DNA of 63,939 nucleotides, counting the filler, from Craspedostauros australis (lineage: Eukaryota), in the NCBI GenBank assembly GCA_030167865.1. It is 5 parts of 5 records of this genome, joined end to end, with 100 filler letters (N's around TTAATTAATTAA, not from the genome) between each part and the next. Parts side by side here need not be neighbours in the genome. Positions count along the whole stretch, not along the records: positions 40,128 to 61,949 come from JALAGF010003413.1; positions 62,050 to 63,939 come from JALAGF010003424.1; 3 more parts are not named here. One strand, given 5' to 3'. Every line of letters starts with the position of its first letter. Positions within the stretch are counted from its first letter, which is position 1. Made by a program: the position numbers and the translations under genes. This document shows, one piece after another, positions 49,620 through 62,051 of the stretch. Below the pieces are notes generated by a model. It saw only the letters and a list, made by a program, of their open reading frames with translations. It searched no databases and had not been told where the DNA came from.

Positions 49620-52252
49620 ATGAGCGGTATGGCCAACATGAGCACCATGCTGAAGACAGCCATGAGGCGAGGCGCAAGCTGGAATCAGCGCCGCCTCATC
49701 AATGAGGCACATCGCAAGCTCCATTCGCGTTCTGTTTTCATGAACAATGGCAATAGCATCAGCAACGTCAGCAGCAGCAGAACTGGCAAGGCCATCAACG
49801 TGGCAGCGTCCACCAGACGATCCCAGAAATCTCATCGGGCGCTGGCTGCTGCGGGATTGTCCACGGCCTCTTCATCTGCTGCCCCTGTCGCGGCAACGGC
49901 GGCGAATGAGCATAACAACAACAACAGCCATGGCCAACGTCTGCGCAACTCTCAGCTTGCCGCTGCTCTTGGATTGTTGGGCGGAGCTGCTGCGACAGCA
50001 TGGCATAACACCTCCACGGATTGCGAGGCAGCAAACGAGGCCAAGAAACGGAAGTCACACCCACGACCGCTGGCCAATTCGGTCACCAATGACAAGGCCA
50101 TGGTCGCGAGCACTTCCAACGCGGCAGTGTCGTCCAACAAACAATCCGTCGCGAACTGGACGCCTGCGACTGTGGCGGGTGAGAATTTTGAAGATGTCGT
50201 CGATGCGCACGAGATTGATGGATATCCCGTCTACACATCCGATCAGGTCGCCGAAAACGATGGCAGCGACGGCAAGCCAATTTGGATGACTTACGGTGGG
50301 GTGGTCTATGATGTCACCGATTTCATTGCCAACCATCCAGGAGGTTCCGAAAAGATCATGATGGCGGCTGGGTCGGTGAGTGCAGCGATGCGTCAGGAAT
50401 ATTATGCTGCGTTGTGTTGTGCTGTGTTGTGCCATGCAATGGAGGACGGCACTCTTCTCTGATTCATCGTTGAATTGCAATACGGACGCGTGTGCCATGT
50501 TGAAGTTTGTGATGCAAGCATACTCTGCCAATGCAGTTTCGCATTTCGAACTTGAAATTGCAACGCAAATCACACCAACATCACACCAATACTCGTGTCT
50601 ACGCTGATTCTCACTCCTCAATGCTCTACCCTACCAAACCAATGGCCACACCGACGCATCCGCAGAGCATCGAACCGTACTGGCACACGTACCGCCAACA
50701 CTTTGCGTCGGACCTTCCAACACGACTCCTCGAGCACATGGTCATCGGACGTCTTGCTGACGACGATCAGGATAAGGTCGACGAGCAGATGGACATCATC
50801 TACGAGACATCCGAGGATCCGTTTTCCAAAGAACCAGTGCGCCACAAGGCGCTGCGAGTGCACTCCGAGCAATCCATGAACGCGGAAACGCCGGCAGATC
50901 TGCTCACCAAGCAGCACCTCACGCCCACATCCATCTTTTACATCCGCCATCATCATCCCGTCCCCTTCCTCACCACCGAGCAAGTCGAGGCATACGAGGT
51001 CAGCATCGACCTCTCCGCGTACGGCAAGGGCACCGTCAAACTGTCGCTGGAGGATCTCAAGAAGATGCCCAAGACGGAGGTCGTCGCCACACTTCAGTGC
51101 GGTGGCAACCGCCGGTCCGGTTTCAACAAGTACCAACGCACATCCGGTACCGGTTGGGGACAAGGCGCCATCTCCACCGCCAAATGGGGCGGCGTGCTGC
51201 TCAAGGATATCCTCAAGCACGCTGGATTGGAGGACCCCATCGACGCGCAGGAGAACTCGAACTTGCATCACGTCCGCTTCCATTCCCTCGACGGCGTTAT
51301 GGCATCGATTGGCATCGAGAAGGCGACCAACCCGTACGGTGATTGCCTCATCGCGTACGAGATGAATGGCGAGAGCTTGCCACGTGATCACGGATATCCT
51401 TTGCGGGTGAGTGGGGTGCGATGCTGTGTATTGTGATGTGATGTGATGTGATGTGATGGCATTGCATTGAGGGATATGATGTTGTCTGCTTTTGGCATTT
51501 CTTGTTTGGTGTTGCGCCGCCATATGCCACATGCTCGTACAGTGGTTATCTCACAAATCATCTCGCCTTCCATACACCAATTCACATCAATACAATAAAA
51601 TGCAATCCGTATGCGCATGGTCATCATCATGGTCATCATCATGGGCACGTGCAAATGAACACAGGCCATCGTTCCTGGGTACACTGGCATTCGCAACGTC
51701 AAATGGCTTAGCAAGATCGAGCTGTCCAAGGAGGAAGCCGAAGGCGCGTGGCAGAGAGGATTGAACTACAAGATCCTCCCGCCCAGCGTTACGGACGCAT
51801 CGCAGGTGAATATCGAGGAAATGCCGGGCATGATGGAGGCAAGTCTGTTCTCCGGCATCACCAGGATGGAAGCTCCTGGATCATTTGCCAAGAATGCGCA
51901 ACCGGGAGACCGCGTTACGATGAAGGTCGGTGGATGGGCGTGGGCCGGCGGCGGTCGCAACATCGTCCGTGTCGATGTGACCGGCGATGAGAACAAGACC
52001 TGGACGACGGCTGTTTTGGGCGATGGCTCCGAGCAACGCACGGGCCGGGCCTGGGCGTGGACGTTCTGGGAGGCAGAGGTCCCGGCCGTGGTGAAGGAAG
52101 ATCGGTCCGTGGAGGTCGCCTGCAAGGCCATCGACGCTGCCTTCAACGTGCAGCCCGAAAGCTGCGATCATGTGTGGAACGTTCGAGGTTTGGGCAACAA
52201 TAGCTGGTTCCGCGTGACCTACAGGTTGCCAGAACAGCAGCGGCAATTATGA
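49620..52252 (+). CDS. SUOX: Sulfite oxidase (cytochrome b5 + Moco + dimerisation domains); exons 49620-50375, 50666-51406 and 51665-52252
   Basis: Cytochrome b5 motif VYDVTDFIANHPGG; Moco domain FYIRHH, LQCGGNRR, WGQGAISTAKW and LPRDHGYPLR|AIVPGYTGIRNVKWL; dimer domain GWAWAGGGRNIVRVDVT and WNVRGLGNNSW. Two phase-0 GT-AG introns keep the frame. Mitochondrial-like presequence. Confidence 0.93.
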
Positions 52253-53996
52253 CATGCATGATATGATAATATCCAAGATGGCTATCTCCGGGTACGTGTA
52301 CGTACGTACTGGTACGGCAAAGAGACGCCGGAACAATGCACAGACACACGTACATACGACGAGTCTCCAGAATCGACACAATTACAATCCATACGATCAA
52401 ATATATAATTGCATGAATGAATGAACAGAAGAAGGTAGACCTTCCTAATATATTATGGTAATAGTATGCATCCGTACGTACTCGTACTGTTCCAATTATT
52501 GGTATGCACGCTTGTGACGACCCGGAACATGAGCAGGTTCGTCACGATTGCGCACGCTGCTGTCAACGACAGGAAGCATCGGATGGTGCGTTGCACGTAG
52601 GAGTATGGTGCCATGCGCTGATGGATGGATAAACGTACGACGCATGGTAATATTACAGTGAGCAAACACATGGCTTGTTCTGTTCTATTCTTCTCATAGT
52701 CTCTCTCGTGGTCTGTCTGCGTCAAGTTTGGCGCCATTTTTCTTTTTCAGTCCTGCGTGTCTCCCCATTCACGAGTTCGTTTGCGCACGTTTGTCAATCG
52801 TGCGGCCGCTGTTCAATGCTCCATCCACGAATCTCCTGGGAACAAGCATGATTGGCTGTACTGTCAAGAGCAGATGTCACGGAAAGAACGAATCAGGACC
52901 ATGAATGATGTCGACATGGTGTCGCACGACAAACAGTGTCAATGCGTCCTTGTGACATCTCACCATGACGTTGATTTTGCGTGTCAAGCTGCTTTTTGAC
53001 ACTGCGACAAGGCAGAACAGGCCGAGGACACTTTGGGTTTGGATGGCGCGCAGGATGCGTGTGCACGACACAGACGAGAATTCTCACACGTCGGAAACGG
53101 GACTCCTCCTCGCTGAGAGCTCCATCGTGTTCGACCGACACGAAGGGAGACACGACACAACACTGTGTAAAAGAAAACCGAAGAGGCGTCAAAGAGAAAC
53201 AAACGAAACCAACCAAGAAAACCCCCATCAAACCAATCAAGGAGAGGCCAGAGCCAACGCAACAGAGAGCACCTCCGCGCCGTCATCGATCCACGACGAC
53301 AGCAGCAACAGCAACAGCAACAACGAAAGAAAGCAATACACGCGAGGATCGATCACAGAGAAGATACTCTAATCAATTCCGTCCCAAGCGATCCCATTGC
53401 AAACCGTGACATTCAAAGTCGTTGTCGGAGTGTGCGCTGTTGTCACCATTGTCCTACTGTCATCGCATAGAAAACCCGAACCATTCCACACAAGAGCGGA
53501 CCCAAACTTGAGCACTCTACCATCCTCGCACACACAATTGCACAACACAAAACCGATTTCGCGCCGCCGCTCCGCAGTCACGAACAAAACGAACGACCAA
53601 AGGACCCCAAGGAGGCACGAACACAAGGAGGCAGCTGCACATCCTACCTGGAACCACCCCCTGGCGCTGACTGGTCTTTCGATCTGGCAAAACGTCATAA
53701 ACCACACATCACATCAACGAAATCAACGCAGAGCCAATCAAGAAGAAGACAGAAGAGCAGAACAATCCAAAGAGCCAACTGATTGCGAAGGAACAAAGCT
53801 GAGCAGAACAACATCCACTCGAAAGAACACAATCACGAGAACGCACCCCAGCAGACCACAGTCTTCGTGGAGAGCATCACAGAATCCATCACCTTGCTCA
53901 CAACATCACATCAGCACATCAGTCATCACATCACATCATCACATCACATCACCACAGTCATCACAAGCACACGCACAAGATCAACACTTGACACCC

Positions 53997-56329
53997 ATGT
54001 CTTCCGCCATCGAAACGAGAGGCACCAGCAGCAGCAGCCGCAGCACGCGCACCAGGTGGACCAGAAGGCGGACGTCGCTGTCCTCCTTCTCTTCTTCTGA
54101 TTCTTCTGTTTCATCGTCTGACCTGACACCATCGCAGCCGACCCTGTCAGCGTCCTCTTCGAGAGTTTCGGCTGCCTCCACCACGTTGGCCGGATCCACC
54201 ATGGGCTTGTCCACGAACGTTTCCGTGGGCGCAACCGCTCCGACCATGACAGAGACCGTTGTGACTCCACTGTTCGTCACCCCCCTCACCACCGGCGAAG
54301 TAGACAATGTCATCGGCACCATCACCGACGACACCCACAGGAACACCCTCAGCAACGCCCGCAGCAATTGCGGCCCTTCCTCCATGAAGAGGAACCGCAG
54401 CCGAACAAGCCTCCATTCGTCCGGCAACATGAGAAAGATGCTCAGGGTCTCATCCTCATCCTCCCTCTCGGCTTCCATGTCCGCCTCGGCGAACGCCCCG
54501 TTCATCACAACACGCAGTGTGCGATGGCTCGGTGGGATCATGCTGGCGACCAGCATCACGGTGCTTTCGTCCACGCCATCCCTCTTCCTCGCAAACGCCG
54601 CGAAGTCCACCGACGTCTTCAACATGCCCTACCCAAAGACGAACTCCATCGTCGGCGGATCGATGCCATCATGCGCCCTCGAGCAAGAGGGACAGGAGCA
54701 GATTCTCTGCGATGCACCAACTGCCAACGACCCTGCCTTCATCGCCGCAGCAACGAACCAACCACGCGCGATCCCAGTCTTCGCCGATGAAGAGGAAGCC
54801 GGACCGCTGGCCACCCTTGCCTTCCTCCAGGGCTCCATCCAGCAGGCGCTGCTCGGACCCCTCCACTTCATCGACAACGAACAGGAGGCGTACCCAAATT
54901 CGTCAAGCGCCGTAGACAACGAATTGGCCAACATCTTATGCCATCTCCAAAACGTGTGGAGTCACATAGTCGATGATGACGAGTCCGACATTGATCATTG
55001 TGAGATGACAGAGCAGAAGCAGCAACTGCATCTCCAGCAGGAAGACTCGTCGTCGCACCAAGAGGCGCTGCTCGTTCGAGGTGGTGGCAACATGCCTTCG
55101 ACCCTGAAGCGCGCGACACGCTCCAAGCCGCAGGAAGCAACAGCAACAGCTGAAGCACCATCATCGGCCACATCCTCATCAACGAAGAGCAAGGACAAAA
55201 CAAAGAGCAAAAACAAAACCAAGGCCAAGAGCAAGAGCAACTTCACGTTCCCCCTGTTCCAACAGGGCGATGGCAGCGAGGAGGACCCTGATGGCATTCC
55301 AACGCGGTACCTTCAGATGCACAAGGAGGGACGCCGTGATCTCGCCAAGCAATCGCTCAAGGACACGCTGCAATGGAGGAAGCAGGAGAACATCGATGGT
55401 ATCCTGAGCGAAGCGCAGACCAAGTTCGATGTCTGCAAGGAGGTCTTCCCACACTTCTTTGTCGGTCGAACCTTCCGCAGGCGAGGCAGCGACGGCGGTA
55501 CCAAATACCCACACGTCATCTTCGTGCAACGACCGGCGCTGATACAGCTCGACCTGGCCAAACGAAACAACCTCACGAAGGAGGATCTTCTGCGCCATTA
55601 CATCTACGTCAACGAGTACCTGTGGCAGGTCCTTGAGGCAGAGCAGCCCTTGGGAATGATGGTCTCCATCCTGGATCTCACGGGCCTCCGCCTCGACATG
55701 ATCCGCCAACGCGACATCGTACAGTTCCTGCAGACCTTCGTCACCGTCATGGACAATCACTACCCCCAGCGCGCCCAGAAGACGTTGCTCATCAACGCTC
55801 CCAGATGGTTCAGCATGCTGTACAAGCTGGTGTCCCCTTTCCTGCGCGAGGCCACGAAGGCCAAGATCGTCATCTCCTCCAACGGAAAGCATCAGGATGC
55901 GCTGCTGAAGGAGAATCTGTTCGGCGACCACAACGCCAACGTGGACGATCCATCGTACGGCATCAGCCTCCCAGACGAGTTCTGGAGCAAGGCCAGGAGC
56001 AAGCCATCCGATGGAAAGAATCTGACCGCCAACCAGCGCATGGCACAGTCAGAGATGGAGCGGGAGTTGAAGTCATTCGTAAGTGTTGTACTGTGCTGTC
56101 CTGTGTGCTATATGATGATATGTGTTAACGCACTTGAACGGTTGGTGCTTGAGCATAGGGGGGTTATATCTGCATACCTGTGCCTTTCTCTATTCCCGCT
56201 CTGGCCTAATAATTCGCACACTCACATGATACCTTTGTTCCATCCCTTTCCTTCATCGAACTACATACCAATACACAGGCCATGGCCCGATTGCAGGAAG
56301 CAGGAAGGGAAATGCAACTGGTAGCATAG
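53997..56329 (+). CDS. CRAL-TRIO (Sec14-like) lipid-binding protein; exons 53997-56078 and 56279-56329
   Basis: TLQWRKQENIDGIL, SILDLTGL, DNHYPQRAQKTLLINAPRWFSMLYKLVSPFLREATKAKI. A phase-0 intron at 56079-56278 (GTAAGT...ACAG) gives a short last exon. Start codon uncertain. Confidence 0.88.
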
Positions 56330-56515
56330 ACGCTCGTCAAAGATGAATGGATGGCGTGGAACCGAACAGAAAGGAAGACACAGTACGAGCACTGCAAGTC
56401 CCGCGCTTCTGCTTCTGCTGTTCCAGCTCCAAGTTCCATCCAACGAAAAAGGTGACACATACAAACAAAAAGAGGAAAGAGCAACCGACATGACCACAGC
56501 ATCATAGGAGAACCA

Positions 56516-56518
<3 letters not shown>

Positions 56519-56554
<36 letters not shown>
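56519..56554. repeat. (GA)18 microsatellite
   Basis: Perfect GA dinucleotide run. Confidence 0.9.
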
Positions 56555-56559
<5 letters not shown>

Positions 56560-57331
56560 CGACAGCGTTGCAAAGACGATAGCTCAATAAGAGACGGAAC
56601 AAGACAATGCATTGAACCGATATGACACTACATATTACGAATACAACAAGCAATTGGACTATTAATAGACCCCATGAATGACTCACATTCTCTTCTTGCC
56701 AAGCGCATTGCAATGGGATGACTCGTAGTCTCTGGGACAGCGCGTTGCCTCAATTCATAGCGCGTGGGTCTCCTGGGACTGGTCGGAGCCTACGAATCGT
56801 GATTGTATGGGTCCTGTGGACAACGGTGTCACACGAACTCTGCAAGCAGGAATGGCGATTCGTGGACAGCTGTGGGACAACCACTGCGACACGTGTTCAC
56901 GAAAGTGTCGGCGACGTTGAGACAAGGCGAGTAACAGTCCGCACAGAAATCTGAAGATCACATGAGAAACAATGCACCGAACAACAGAGATCTTGTGTGC
57001 AGAATGGTGTGTTCGATCCCATTCACACCGATGGTATGTGATGAACTGCATACTATACAGCCTGTACGAGCCACGCACAGCACTTCACCCTTGTTCCCAT
57101 AAAGAATAGTCGGACTCTGCTCTGATCTGATCCATCATAGTACAATATAGTATTATATCTGATAGAGTGCTTGCATCTTGATCCAATCTAGCTCATTACA
57201 AGAAGTTGCCGAGTCGAGCGACTAGCACAAGGAGGCGCATTCGCAGCTGGAACCACAGCAGATCAAGCAGTCGGCAGAGTATCAGACTCCACCAGAGCAC
57301 TCTATACTTGCCAACGCCCACTCTGCACACA

Positions 57332-58258
57332 ATGGGACGAGCGCATCTCCACGGTCAAAGCTCCGCCACATCGACAACGCCAAGCGTCTCTGCACTGACC
57401 TCTACCATCACAGCCAAGGCTCCACTCGCAACTTCCTCTTCAGCCGCAGCAACGCACAAACAAAGGAAAAAGCAAGAGAACAAGCAACAGAAAATGAGCG
57501 GCGGCAAACCAACCAAGATGGGATTCCGGAGATTCAATCTGTCGAAGCCCTCGCGGATTCACAGAGCCAGCTCTGTGGACTCGTCCTCATCCCATACTTC
57601 GGACACGGTTGGAAGCAGCAAGAGCAAACTCAGTAGACTGAGGCGTTCATCGTCAACAGGGAGCAAGCAGTCGTCGTCATCCGTATCGCCATCGTCATCC
57701 TCCTCGTTCTCTTCATCCCAGCCAAGACGGGAGAAAGCCTCCAAACGAAGATTCCCATCCTTGTTCAGGAAGAGCAAGGGAAGCCAATCGCAGAAGTCCT
57801 CCCAGAGCACTGCTTCCTCCGTCACTTACTCGGCAATATCTTTCGATCCAAACCCGCCGACGCCCCGTGCCTCCATCAACATTGACGACTACACATCATC
57901 CGAACGACAAGCGTCATTCTACTCCAACACAGAACTGCGCTGCATCCTCATGGATGGCCTCAAGACGATCAATGTCGTCGAGACCATGGAACGGCAACCA
58001 ACCGCAACGGCGCATTTTCACGGCGTGGCGATCGATCCCGAGAATCCGAGGCTTTCGTTGCGAGGATTGGAAAAGTTGGAAAAGCAGAATGGCGAAGCAT
58101 ACCGCAAGCTTCAGCAGGAACTCCAGGAACTGGTCGTCGGTGCGTCGAAGCGAACGCCTTCGCAGCTGGCGTTATCGTATCAACAACGCACGCAGGAATC
58201 GCAGCATGCTGCCTATGAACGTGCAAGGATAGATGAAGAGCAGGCGCAGGATGTGTGA
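57332..58258 (+). CDS. Diatom-type hypothetical protein (FYS..E / RGLE / LA..Y motif family)
   Basis: Ser-rich N-terminus and a C-terminal helical domain FYSNTEL...LRGLEKL...LALSYQQRTQESQHAAYERARIDEEQA. I recall this pattern as recurring in uncharacterised diatom proteins. Confidence 0.65.
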   Translation: MGRAHLHGQSSATSTTPSVSALTSTITAKAPLATSSSAAATHKQRKKQENKQQKMSGGKPTKMGFRRFNLSKPSRIHRASSVDSSSSHTSDTVGSSKSKLSRLRRSSSTGSKQSSSSVSPSSSSSFSSSQPRREKASKRRFPSLFRKSKGSQSQKSSQSTASSVTYSAISFDPNPPTPRASINIDDYTSSERQASFYSNTELRCILMDGLKTINVVETMERQPTATAHFHGVAIDPENPRLSLRGLEKLEKQNGEAYRKLQQELQELVVGASKRTPSQLALSYQQRTQESQHAAYERARIDEEQAQDV

Positions 58259-58878
58259 CAGGGGGGCATTGCTAGAGGATCTGTGAGTTGAACTGGGCTG
58301 AGCGTATCATGTTTTACGAATATGACGAAAGCCAAACTGCGTGTGTGGTTGTGCCACTCCATCGAATCATGGAGTTGCCTCTTAGTAAGTATGTACTCAT
58401 AGTATGCTACTTGAGTGCGCGGTATCCAAATGGCAGTCAAAGTTCGAGATGCCTCTTGCGACCTCTTTTGAGTTCGTCTCCACAGTAAACAACCACGCAC
58501 AATCGCCATTGCATTTATTAGTCGACGTGTGCTTTGATTTGAATAGAGTAGGATTATACCAATAACATACAGTGTAGAGTGGAGTAGACGACCTCGATCA
58601 GTAGTCGCATGAGGCAATAGATCTCATTGAATTCCATCATCTCTCTCGCTTTGGGACAGCGCAGTTGAAGGTGTCCTGTATCATCTCCACTCGTACATGC
58701 GAGTAGTGTGACGTCATCCAATCACATCTATCTCCGAAGATCTTCCACCAAAAAGATCGGTCACAACCAACACTACAAGAAAACGTTTGCTTCCCTTTCA
58801 TCACAACTGCAAACACCGCAAACACTTCGCTTGATGCCATTCCGTCAACATCGAGCAGCAATCAATCAATCAATCAAG

Positions 58879-59445
58879 ATGACGCCTTCCCTCAAGCAGA
58901 CGACCGTGTGGATCACGCTCCTCGCCATGCTGCTGCTGTTGGCGTCGCGATCATGCGCCCTCTCCCTATTTGGCACGCAAACACGTGCCAACAAAAATGA
59001 CGTCGTCGATCATGGTCGACGCAAGGCGCTGGCGGTTGGCTTTGGGTTGATGACGATGCCCGTCGCTCCTGTTATGGCTGTGACAGCTACGCCCGTGGCT
59101 CCGACCAACGTCACAACAACTGCAAAGACGGTGGCGCCGCAGCAAGCCAGTGTCATCAAATCGACGCCAGCGTCCACAGCGAAACCATCGGCAACTACTG
59201 CTTCCAAACCGGCACCGACAACTACTGCATCCAAGACAACTACATCTGCAACCACAGCCAAACCACCACCGATGATCGAGAAAGGAGACCGCGTCAAGGT
59301 GGTCGCCGGCGAGTACGAAGGTCAGCAGAGCGTCGTTCTGGACACGACCGAAAAGATGATCTACATCACTGTCTACAAGAATACCTCCAACGAGAAGCAA
59401 GTACGCATCATGAAGACGAGCGTCGTGGCGGATGGCAAGAAGTGA
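58879..59445 (+). CDS. Signal-peptide protein with a Thr/Ala/Pro linker and C-terminal KOW-like motif
   Basis: Signal peptide ending SCA|L, then GRRKAL plus a hydrophobic stretch ending VMA, a T/A/P/K linker, and KOW-like IEKGDRVKVVAGEYEGQQSVV. Confidence 0.7.
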   Translation: MTPSLKQTTVWITLLAMLLLLASRSCALSLFGTQTRANKNDVVDHGRRKALAVGFGLMTMPVAPVMAVTATPVAPTNVTTTAKTVAPQQASVIKSTPASTAKPSATTASKPAPTTTASKTTTSATTAKPPPMIEKGDRVKVVAGEYEGQQSVVLDTTEKMIYITVYKNTSNEKQVRIMKTSVVADGKK

Positions 59446-59778
59446 GATGCGTGCTATTTTAAAACACTGGAGTCAAGGAGACGTCTCTCTCTCTGTCTGT
59501 CTCTCCATGACGGGAGACAAATGAGGAATAGAACGTAGGCAGCCATGCAAACGAAAGGAAGACGCCCCTCGCAACAAACTGCAAACTGAGCTCTTCGCAT
59601 GGTAAATCTTAGAAATGTAGCATGCGAGCTTCATTTAAACTACTTCTCTATGATGCATTAATAGACTACGTTGCTGTCGTGTTGTGCTTCCGCCCCTTCA
59701 TGACCAACATGTGCTGGCGCGGAAAACAAAAAACAGAGCAACCATGCCCGACTCTGTGGCACGCGAAAGCAAAAGGCA

Positions 59779-59850
59779 CTCCGACACGGGGAATCGAACC
59801 CCGGTCTCCCGCGTGACAGGCGGGGATACTAGCCACTATACTATGTCGGA
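59779..59850 (-). tRNA. tRNA-Asp (GTC)
   Basis: Minus strand reads TCCGACATAGTATAGTGGCTAGTATCCCCGCCTGTCACGCGGGAGACCGGGGTTCGATTCCCCGTGTCGGAG: acceptor stem TCCGACA/TGTCGGA, anticodon loop CTGTCAC, T-loop GTTCGATTC, and a downstream T4 run. Confidence 0.97.
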
Positions 59851-60271
59851 TTTGGGTGCCAACCATCACCAATGTTAAAACTATAGACTATGATAGTGCC
59901 AAGCAGCTCGCTTGTTTGGTTTATTTTCGACGTGTCACACTTTGGCCAGCTCAAGCATCGTAGTGCCTTGATCCCATGAGACCAGCGATGCTGTCCGGCA
60001 GGAGCATTTGATCACACGCAGTCTATGTGAAGCACTGTCTTCACTCATGCTCTGTAGAATGCAATTCAGGAGAATTCCATTCGTATTGTACTTGTTGTGG
60101 GCTTTATGCTTTTAAATGGGCACTACAAGTTCTATTTCTATGACCGCCTCTTTTTCTGTCTCTTTGATTTTGGTTTTGTTTTCGTCATTGCCACGAGCAT
60201 CGGCTGCTCCAGCAATGGTTGCGATGAGAGCAACATTATCATTGCTTGTGATCCATCTTCGTCGCCACCGC

Positions 60272-61876
60272 TCATCCGAAGATGCTCATCTCTTCGCTTG
60301 CGACAGCGTTCGCGTCATCGATACTGGACAGCAGATCCGACTTCTCCACAGGATCCGACCACGCCACCACCACCTTGCGGCCCTTGTCATACGTCGGCTG
60401 ACGACCGTGCGATGTCGAAAAGTTGTCGATCATCACCAGATCGCCCTGCTGCCAACGATTGAACACCATGTTCCTGTGGATGGCGCTGCGGATGATGTGC
60501 ATCTCCCGCGGCGAGATGGCGCTGCCATCGCCGAAGGTCACGTGCAGGGCCATCTTCTGGCGCAGCAGGCCGTACCAGATCATGGAGAACGCCGTCACGC
60601 GCGCAGCATGCCACAGCAGTCGCCATTGCTTGGTGCGTCGGAAGGCAGCGACCAGGTCGGCAGGGAACGTGGTGGGATGGAAGACCTGCGCATGGTTGAA
60701 CCACACTGGCTGCTTGGTCTGCGGATGCAGCTGGAAGGCATCCGACACGTACTCGCTGACGAAGGTGTCGTTGTTCTTGCCTTCCCATTGCATGGTGAGG
60801 TCCTCCTCCTTGGCGAGGGCCTCGACGACGGCCTTGTCAGTGGTTCCAAACACATCCGACCAACCTTGCATGGCTGCCACGTCGTGCGTCCAACGCGCCC
60901 CGTTCTTGTGATGCGTGCGCGTGTACTTCAGTTTCTTTGTCAGCAGCTTTTCAAACAGTTTGGGCGCCCTCGTCTGGATGTCGGTGTAGACCTTGCGAAA
61001 GTCCGCGAGTGCCGTCTCACCGCCGGCCGTCTTGGGTGCCTGCAGGGCGCTGAAGAAGAGCTGCTTTGGTGGGGCGGGCAGGAAGCTCATTTCGATGTGC
61101 TGCGCGATGGGAAAGTACGACGGTGCCTCGGCGGCCGAGAAGATGTAGTTGGTGTTGGGCTGCACGTCGCGCGGTGATGTTCCGCGGTATTGATTGTTGA
61201 GGTTGGGCTGGTAGGATTGGATGGCGGCCTCGACGTCGCTCGCCTGTTGGATGTCGAATCCGCGGAAGAGGATGGCACCGTAGTGCAGCATCTGTCGATC
61301 GAGCCATTCTCGATGCGTCTTCATGAAGGTCTGGAGGAACTGCAATGATGATGATTGGTCTGTGCTGGGAGAGATGACCAAGGGCATACTTGCAGTATTG
61401 GCGGAGTCATTGATATTCCTCTCGCTTCCCCTTTGTCTTTGTCTTCGGCTTCCGTTTTGCGTTTGCGTTTGGCCATCAGGTTTGTCGCTGAGGAGCGAGA
61501 TGGTGACACCATGTAGCTGGGGAAGAGTGTCGATGTGTGTGTTGATGCGTGCGTCAATGTCGAGAATGTCGGAAGGAGTGACCATGGCAGGCAGGAATGC
61601 TGTGGATGGCTGTTGTGTCAGCTCACGATCAACATCGGATCCATCATGCTGCCATGCATGTGACTTGTGATTGTCTTGATCTGTGTCGCACTCGGGGCAC
61701 AGCTGATAGTGCAAGGGATGTCCAGAGATGAGTTTCGTGCTTGGCTGTCGGATCCTTGGCGTCATCGTGAAGGCAGATGCGAATGGAGATGTGTCATGCT
61801 GACTGATGAGGGCTGCTGCCGAGAGCACGGTCGCGAGCACGGTCGCGAGCACGGCGGTTGTTCGTTTCAGTCCCAT
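60272..61876 (-). CDS. Plastid-targeted TauD/TfdA (SyrP-like) Fe(II)/2-oxoglutarate dioxygenase
   Basis: YGAILFRGF, metal motif IAQHIEMSF (HxE), GGETALADFRKVY, HPQTKQPVWFNHA and WQQGDLVMIDN...HGR. The signal peptide ends in ASA|F. Confidence 0.9.
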   Translation of the reverse strand: MGLKRTTAVLATVLATVLSAAALISQHDTSPFASAFTMTPRIRQPSTKLISGHPLHYQLCPECDTDQDNHKSHAWQHDGSDVDRELTQQPSTAFLPAMVTPSDILDIDARINTHIDTLPQLHGVTISLLSDKPDGQTQTQNGSRRQRQRGSERNINDSANTASMPLVISPSTDQSSSLQFLQTFMKTHREWLDRQMLHYGAILFRGFDIQQASDVEAAIQSYQPNLNNQYRGTSPRDVQPNTNYIFSAAEAPSYFPIAQHIEMSFLPAPPKQLFFSALQAPKTAGGETALADFRKVYTDIQTRAPKLFEKLLTKKLKYTRTHHKNGARWTHDVAAMQGWSDVFGTTDKAVVEALAKEEDLTMQWEGKNNDTFVSEYVSDAFQLHPQTKQPVWFNHAQVFHPTTFPADLVAAFRRTKQWRLLWHAARVTAFSMIWYGLLRQKMALHVTFGDGSAISPREMHIIRSAIHRNMVFNRWQQGDLVMIDNFSTSHGRQPTYDKGRKVVVAWSDPVEKSDLLSSIDDANAVASEEMSIFG

Positions 61877-61949
61877 GGTTGTTCTCTTGTTTGTTCGTTG
61901 GAAGGGTTTGGTTGTGCGTGGGGACATGTAGTATTGTAATATGCTGTTG

Positions 61950-62049
61950 NNNNNNNNNNNNNNNNNNNNNNNNNNNNNNNNNNNNNNNNNNNNTTAATTA
62001 ATTAANNNNNNNNNNNNNNNNNNNNNNNNNNNNNNNNNNNNNNNNNNNN
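61950..62049. other. Artificial contig-joining spacer
   Basis: 44 N + TTAATTAATTAA + 44 N. Confidence 0.95.
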
Positions 62050-62051
62050 GT

